Source: Setoptus koraiensis | Lineage: Eukaryota; Animalia; Arthropoda | Reading direction: 5' to 3' | DNA length: 64,000 bases | Assembly (NCBI GenBank): GCA_048013815.1 | Contig: CM106586.1 | Location: 22,816,001 to 22,880,000, forward strand | In this document: one piece after another, positions 57,697-64,000 of the stretch | How positions within the stretch are numbered: position 1 is the stretch's first letter | How the letters are laid out: the number at the start of each line of letters is the position of its first letter | Notes under the pieces: model-generated | Seen by the model: the letters and a program-made list of their open reading frames with translations, nothing else | Databases searched by the model: none | What the model was told of the DNA's origin: nothing | Position numbers and translations under genes: made by a program

Positions 57697-60003
57697 ATTG
57701 AAATACTTGTAGTTATGTGGTCAACTACCCTACTATTAAGGCCTCTACTACAACAAACACTACCACCAAAACCGCCACTACTACAACCGTCACAACTACT
57801 GCGGCTACTTTTACTATTACTAGTACTACTAATAATTCTAGTGCAATTATAATAACACTGTTTTGAATGAATGTCTGTCCATGACAGCACGTAATAACTG
57901 ATAGAAAATGTAATGAGAATCAAGGGAAAAGAAGGCAAAAAATAAGTGGAAAAAGAGGATAAATTTTTTCTTCCAGACCAGGAACGAGATAGCCAGCAAT
58001 CCGACTGTGTGTGACAATAAGCGAGTTTATCACACAAAGCTGGGGTGAATTTGAATAAGCTAGAAGATTGAAGGCTAAAGAGAAATAAATTGCACCACCA
58101 CTACTGATAATGACGATCAGGTTTCATCAATTGTTCGGCAGATGATTGTTATTACCCTCACTCAGTCTCTCTCTTTCCCTAGTTCCCACTCTCTTGCTCG
58201 CTCTCTTTCATGTGTATATTTTTCCACTTATTGGGAAAGGCTACTACTGGACAATTCCTCCTTCTTAGACGGCTATCGTTTCTGTCGTTGTTGTTATTCT
58301 CTGACCAGGGATATCTCCATCCAAGAGTTCATTGTTCATCTAGACCAAATCGTGAATTGCAATTGCTTTCACTTGTTGTTGTTAGTCCATAACTTGAAGT
58401 GACAAAGCGTGCTACGGCTCAAGCTGACCACTCGCTAACAGTAGGCTAACGAAAAGAGATGCTGTCACTAGTTTGTAGCTGGCATATGGGACATTGTAAA
58501 GTAAAATGGTATTATGAGTTTGTCGTGACAATACAACTGTGAAGATTCTCGATTAGGCAGTGACGCCAGATTATCACGATATTGGTGACAAAGAGACTGA
58601 CTTACGCTAACAGGTTCAGTAAGATGCAACCTGTAAAACAGCACCAACAACAAAAAGATATTTGAGGCTGTTATGTTATTTTGCAGAACACAAATACACT
58701 TTTCATTGTTGCCGAAACATTTTCACTAGTTGATTTGATTGTTGATCGTTGTCTATTTCTCTCTCAATTTTTGCTGTTCGTCAATGTGCATTAATTGAAC
58801 AACAACAAACATCTAGGTTTTACTGTGATAAGCTTGATCTTTGGTGTAATGAGCCAATGTTAGATCATAAAGCACAAACGATGATTGCTATGTACGAATT
58901 GCCTTCAAATAAGAATAAAGATCTAACGTTACTGTCTCAAGAAGTTGGTGGCAATCTAGATTATAATATAATGGATATGTGATACCTGGTATCGAAAAGT
59001 AGCTTATATAATAGACAACTGTGCACATTTTATACTGTATCGAAACTGGATACTTTATTTTGTTTGTGATCAACGAACGCACCGCTGTCAATACACACAC
59101 AGTGTTTTACTTCTTTTATATGTCCCACTGGTAGAACCGTAATAACCGTATTTATACTCTATGCATTTTGACAACTAAGTATGTCTAGACTGAATCCGCT
59201 TATTGTGTTTATTTCGATAAAGATCTAGCGGGTCTGAAACGATCTTGGGTCAATGTCCAATTTCATGGTGAACGACTTTATTGCTGACTATCGATTTCGT
59301 TGTGAAGAATGATGAGGATCAATATGAGTTTCTTCCACAAGATTACTTGGAAATTACGAGAGCGGACAAGAAGTTATCAAGTTAGTGTTGATAGTAGTTT
59401 GTGCAATTGCATACAATGGTATCTACGATTATACCTTAACAGAATTTTTTTGGAAAACGTCCAGTTCGATAGAAAAGTTGAGGGCAAGCGAAATCAGTGA
59501 CAAATAACTCTTGCCCAATAGAAATGTTGCAGTGGGCAGTGGTCGTAATCTATTGAGCCAAAACTTGGGCTTTGACAGGCGGAGCCATACAGGAAATCAT
59601 ATTCGTGTTTGGACAAATATCCCCATTATCTCACAATAGAAAAAAGTGCTTGAGCAATGAGAAACACACCTTCGTCTGTGATAAGAGCGTCAAATCGAAA
59701 TATTACTACCTATAGCGCCATCGATGACAGTGTAAAGTGCGAGAGTATAAAAGAGCTGATTACGTTCGAATTTGCGACAATTTTATAATATTCAAGAAGT
59801 TGTAATATCGACACATCCATCAGAAAGTAAGTAGAAGAAATTTTCCAACCAAAATAGTTGGTCCATGCAAGTTAAAATAGAGATCTAATCCGGTTTACGT
59901 GCGCCAATGAAGTTAACAATTCTCAAATGTTTATCCTTTTTCCACGCATTTCAACAACAGTTTGTACGCTATCACGATGCAAATAATCGTTCAACAAAAA
60001 ACC

Positions 60004-60590
60004 ATGCAAAACATTGCCTTCTATACATCATTTGCTGCAATTGCTCTAGTTGCGCTAACAACTACCGGAGTTTCTTGCAAGCCCACCAGACAATCAGAGA
60101 ATTTGGATGGCAATTACATTCAAACATTTGTGCCATTACGTAGGAGCGCAGCTAGTCTCTCGCCAGCTGCATCAGACGAGGCTTCTGTCCCCGTCTATGT
60201 TAGTCCCTATGCCAGAAGTGGTGAAATTTCAGCGAGCAAGCCATACCTGGGCGAAGAATCAAGCCATGCACCATTGAATTATGCCATGAGACCGGCAGCC
60301 TCTACTCCAGCTAGAGACCTCAAAACATCTGCATCCTACGGTATGCTACCAGAAATTGAAACTTCTCGATCTTGATGGTGATCTGAGTAAAATAACTTAG
60401 CTATACCTTCTATGTTTTCTGTTTCCAAACTTCATGCATCATTATAGGACATGGTCACGGCCATCATGGCGGAGGTTACCATGACCACGGTGGTTGGTTG
60501 GACATGGGAGCATGGACAGGAGGTAAGGGATCTTTTGGATGGTACGCAGATTATCCAGTCGGAAAGGGTCATGGTTACGGCAGACGATGA
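60004..60590 (+). CDS. Secreted Gly/His-rich protein (cuticle- or peptide-precursor-like); exons 60004-60340 and 60448-60590
   Basis: Signal peptide IAFYTSFAAIALVALTTTGVSC-K. A phase-1 GTATGC..TATAG intron leads to exon 2 GHGHGHHGGGYHDHGGWLDMGAWTGGKGSFGWYADYPVGKGHGYGRR*. An alternative in-frame ATG lies at 59977. Confidence 0.85.
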
Positions 60591-60833
60591 TCTAATCATG
60601 ATTATATTAGAATAGGTAACACCTCACCTAGACTATTTAATAACCAAGAAGTCAAGAAATTATCTAAACACGATCATCTCTCACTACTCATCACGAAGTA
60701 ATTCGATGTAACTCTTGTTTTTTTTTTGTCAGTGTCTTTGAAACTTGAAGCCTATTTATTAAATCGAGGTCTCTAGATGTTTCAAGATCCTTTCTCTTAG
60801 CATACGCACAATAATATGCGCCTACTGTCTATA

Positions 60834-61982
60834 CTAACTGAACACCGTTTTTTCGAACTTGCCCTCCGTAATAGCTTTGGTGGTTAGATGCTCTTCAAGT
60901 AATGTGGTCGAATTCTCTATAACACAGTCTAATAAATAATTCAAGTCTTTTTTCTTTTCAATATTACAGAAAGGAATTGCCAATTTCATAATCAGACTAG
61001 TTAGTTCTGTTGTTAAACTGCTCATCCTATTGGTTTTTTTCACATCAATCAGTGCACAAAACTTTGAGAAACTTATATTGGACTTGAATAGTTCTCTCTT
61101 GACTCCATAATGTTCAGTGTCCAATCTTTCGAACATATTGGTTGATTTCCATGCAAGATAAGTTGCTGCTGGAACAATACACTGAGGTGAGCGTTGGCTG
61201 TACGCATTCATTTTGTTTGAGATCATTAGTATGAGCTTGATTTTCTTTTCTAACATGTACCTGTCTGAGGGTTCCATTGAATCTAGGATTGGCTTTCTCA
61301 TAATACTTTTAATGCATCCATCATAAATATCACTTTCGGATGCAACGTTATCGGGATCAGCGTGCTTGATGTGTCGCATACTCTTGTTGAACGATTTGAG
61401 CTTAATACCTAGATTTTTACAAATATCGCCTACTGTGATACCTAAGCCGTTCTTCTTGCTAATTATATAAATACTAGAACCAATTAGTGCAGATTTTCCA
61501 GCACTACTGGTCCTCTTTAAACTATCTAACGTCCTTTGAACCATTGTCATGATTTCCTCGACAGAATTTGTGTCCTTCACCAATTTATTGACTGTCTTTC
61601 TTGCGTCGCCCAGGACCTTTCTTCTGTAGATTTGTTTATCGCGACTCGACGAGTTTGTTTCATTTCTGATGCGTCCTGTTAATCTAGACAAGGCCTCAAA
61701 ATCCTTGTTGCGCATATTGTCAACAATTGCTTCAGAATCCGGCAACTCGTTGAATGCGACATCCGATGGGCAGATAATATCCCCGCAATTGCAACAAACA
61801 TGTTCGTACTGCTTGAAAAGATTGAGATAATAGCAATTAAAGTGATTAGCAAAGTAGATTAACATTACAAATGGGCTTGCGCTGACAAGCTGCTGATTTG
61901 AGATAACAATACACAAACTTACGTTTTCCAGACTGATATCGCCGGAGCCACAACTGGGACATGTGCCCGCTTCCAACTCCAT
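60834..61982 (-). CDS. BRF2: TFIIB-related factor, most like BRF2 (Pol III TFIIIB subunit); exons 61982-61923 and 61811-60834
   Basis: Removing the 111-nt GTAAGT..TTCAAG intron restores the zinc ribbon CPSCGS..EN|QYEHVCCNCG. The cyclin-fold segment KSALIGSSIYIISKKNGLGITVGDICKNL resembles BRF2. There is no long BRF1-type C-terminus. Confidence 0.7.
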   Translation of the reverse strand: MELEAGTCPSCGSGDISLENVSLCIVISNQQLVSASPFVMLIYFANHFNCYYLNLFKQYEHVCCNCGDIICPSDVAFNELPDSEAIVDNMRNKDFEALSRLTGRIRNETNSSSRDKQIYRRKVLGDARKTVNKLVKDTNSVEEIMTMVQRTLDSLKRTSSAGKSALIGSSIYIISKKNGLGITVGDICKNLGIKLKSFNKSMRHIKHADPDNVASESDIYDGCIKSIMRKPILDSMEPSDRYMLEKKIKLILMISNKMNAYSQRSPQCIVPAATYLAWKSTNMFERLDTEHYGVKRELFKSNISFSKFCALIDVKKTNRMSSLTTELTSLIMKLAIPFCNIEKKKDLNYLLDCVIENSTTLLEEHLTTKAITEGKFEKTVFS

Positions 61983-62393
61983 TATGACGGATATACTTTC
62001 ACTGGGAGTGTGGAAATTTACATCTGGTTACTATTTGAACAGGGTTCCGATAAAAAGAGCGCTATATACTCTCGTTGGAATTGTCACACAACCTGCCGTC
62101 TAATATGCATTATTTAGAATTGGTCATATGTCTTTATATGAAGTAATAATTGTCTATATAAACAGCATGATGATGCATGGATGTGCGCCAAATGTCCACT
62201 CACAACACACATATCACAATCTCACAAGCCAAACAGCACACAACGCAAATCGAACAAGCTCACAGCTAATGCTGATTAACCACTCTTGATTCTGGAAATG
62301 TTAGAGATTAACCTTTATGTATCCCTTATACGCATTGCTTAGACGCTCCGGTATATAAACGGAGCGCACACTTTAAATAAACCAGATTCTTGT

Positions 62394-62440
62394 GGGGGGG
62401 TAAGGGAATGGGGGGGGGGGGGGGGAGTAGAAAAGATTGT

Positions 62441-62477
<37 letters not shown>

Positions 62478-63254
62478 ATATAATAAAAAATATTATATTT
62501 CAGGGGGGATCAGTAAAAGAATATAATAAATTTTTAAATAAATATGAGAATATTTAATTTAAGGGATTGGGGAGATTATGGATAGATATTATATATAATA
62601 AAAAAAAATAGTTAATTATCTGAAATTTAATAAAGATTGGAGAGAAATTGTGTGAATATATATAGGGGGGGGGATATAATTATGTGGTAAGTAAGAAATA
62701 GTAGGAAATTAGATGAATTGAAATGAAGGAAAATATAAAAAGTAAATAGATTGGNNNNNNNNNNNNNNNNNNNNNNNNNNNNNNNNNNNNNNNNNNNNNN
62801 NNNNNNNNNNNNNNNNNNNNNNNNNNNNNNNNNNNNNNNNNNNNNNNNNNNNNNNNNNNNNNNNNNNNNNNNNNNNNNNNNNNNNNNNNNNNNNNNNNNN
62901 NNNNNNNNNNNNNNNNNNNNNNNNNNNNNNNNNNNNNNNNNNNNNNNNNNNNNNNNNNNNNNNNNNNNNNNNNNNNNNNNNNNNNNNNNNNNNNNNNNNN
63001 NNNNNNNNNNNNNNNNNNNNNNNNNNNNNNNNNNNNNNNNNNNNNNNNNNNNNNNNNNNNNNNNNNNNNNNNNNNNNNNNNNNNNNNNNNNNNNNNNNNN
63101 NNNNNNNNNNNNNNNNNNNNNNNNNNNNNNNNNNNNNNNNNNNNNNNNNNNNNNNNNNNNNNNNNNNNNNNNNNNNNNNNNNNNNNNNNNNNNNNNNNNN
63201 NNNNNNNNNNNNNNNNNNNNNNNNNNNNNNNNNNNNNNNNNNNNNNNNNNNNNN
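62394..63254. other. Low-quality contig end (poly-G, A/G-only sequence) followed by a 500-N scaffold gap (62755-63254)
   Basis: Long G homopolymers, near absence of C, then N x500. Confidence 0.9.
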
Positions 63255-63255
63255 T

Positions 63256-63927
<672 letters not shown>

Positions 63928-64000
63928 ATTGAGTCGAAATTTTCAATTATCGCTACTAGGATTATTACTACCTTACAGAAAAGAAATTTAAACGAGATAA

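Noticed and set aside
58900-58905. TGCCTT miR-124 6-mer site downstream of slo
   Set aside because: A single 6-mer is expected by chance, and it is unknown whether it lies within the 3' UTR.
59230-59700. Protein-like short frames between slo and the secreted gene; ATGATGA C-box-like motif at 59309
   Set aside because: No continuous ORF or homology; no D box (CTGA) at snoRNA distance.
62344-62366. CGCTCCG-GTATATAAA-CGGAGCG hairpin enclosing a TATA box
   Set aside because: A 7-bp stem can arise by chance, and the downstream sequence is unreliable, so no transcript can be assigned.
62394-62754. Poly-G tracts suggesting G-quadruplex or telomere-like DNA
   Set aside because: Adjacent to the N gap and nearly C-free; typical low-quality read-end artefact.

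Overview
Eukaryotic (animal) genomic DNA, not prokaryotic. Many genes are intronless, the introns present are mostly 65-200 nt GT-AG, and genes are tightly packed. This best fits a genome-reduced arthropod, probably an acariform (eriophyoid-like) mite; the taxon is inference. Gene order: 5'-truncated Pro/Thr-repeat protein (+), intronless CPEB2-4/orb2 (+), orphan secreted protein (+), BMP-type TGF-beta ligand (-), asf1 (+), Graf-like RhoGAP-SH3 (-), MBD2/3 (+), Ptpmeg/PTPN3-4 (-, 5 exons), eIF3f (+), an unannotated mir-124 hairpin (+) in about 9 kb of microsatellite-rich DNA, a mini NFX1/shuttle-craft-like ORF (-), SDA1 (+), DCP2 (-), slowpoke BK channel (+, about 15 exons with two mutually exclusive S6-linker exons and a cassette exon), a secreted Gly/His-rich protein (+), BRF2-like factor (-), a 500-N gap, and the 3' part of the PP2A catalytic subunit (+). 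Most notable: (i) several conserved proteins appear to have shed whole domains (NFX1, BMP prodomain, Graf BAR-PH, ASF1 tail); (ii) the MBD has lost its mCpG-reading residues; (iii) a variant mir-124; (iv) a strongly divergent slo alternative exon; (v) a perfect 36-bp palindrome. Family assignments come from motif recognition by eye; no searches were run.
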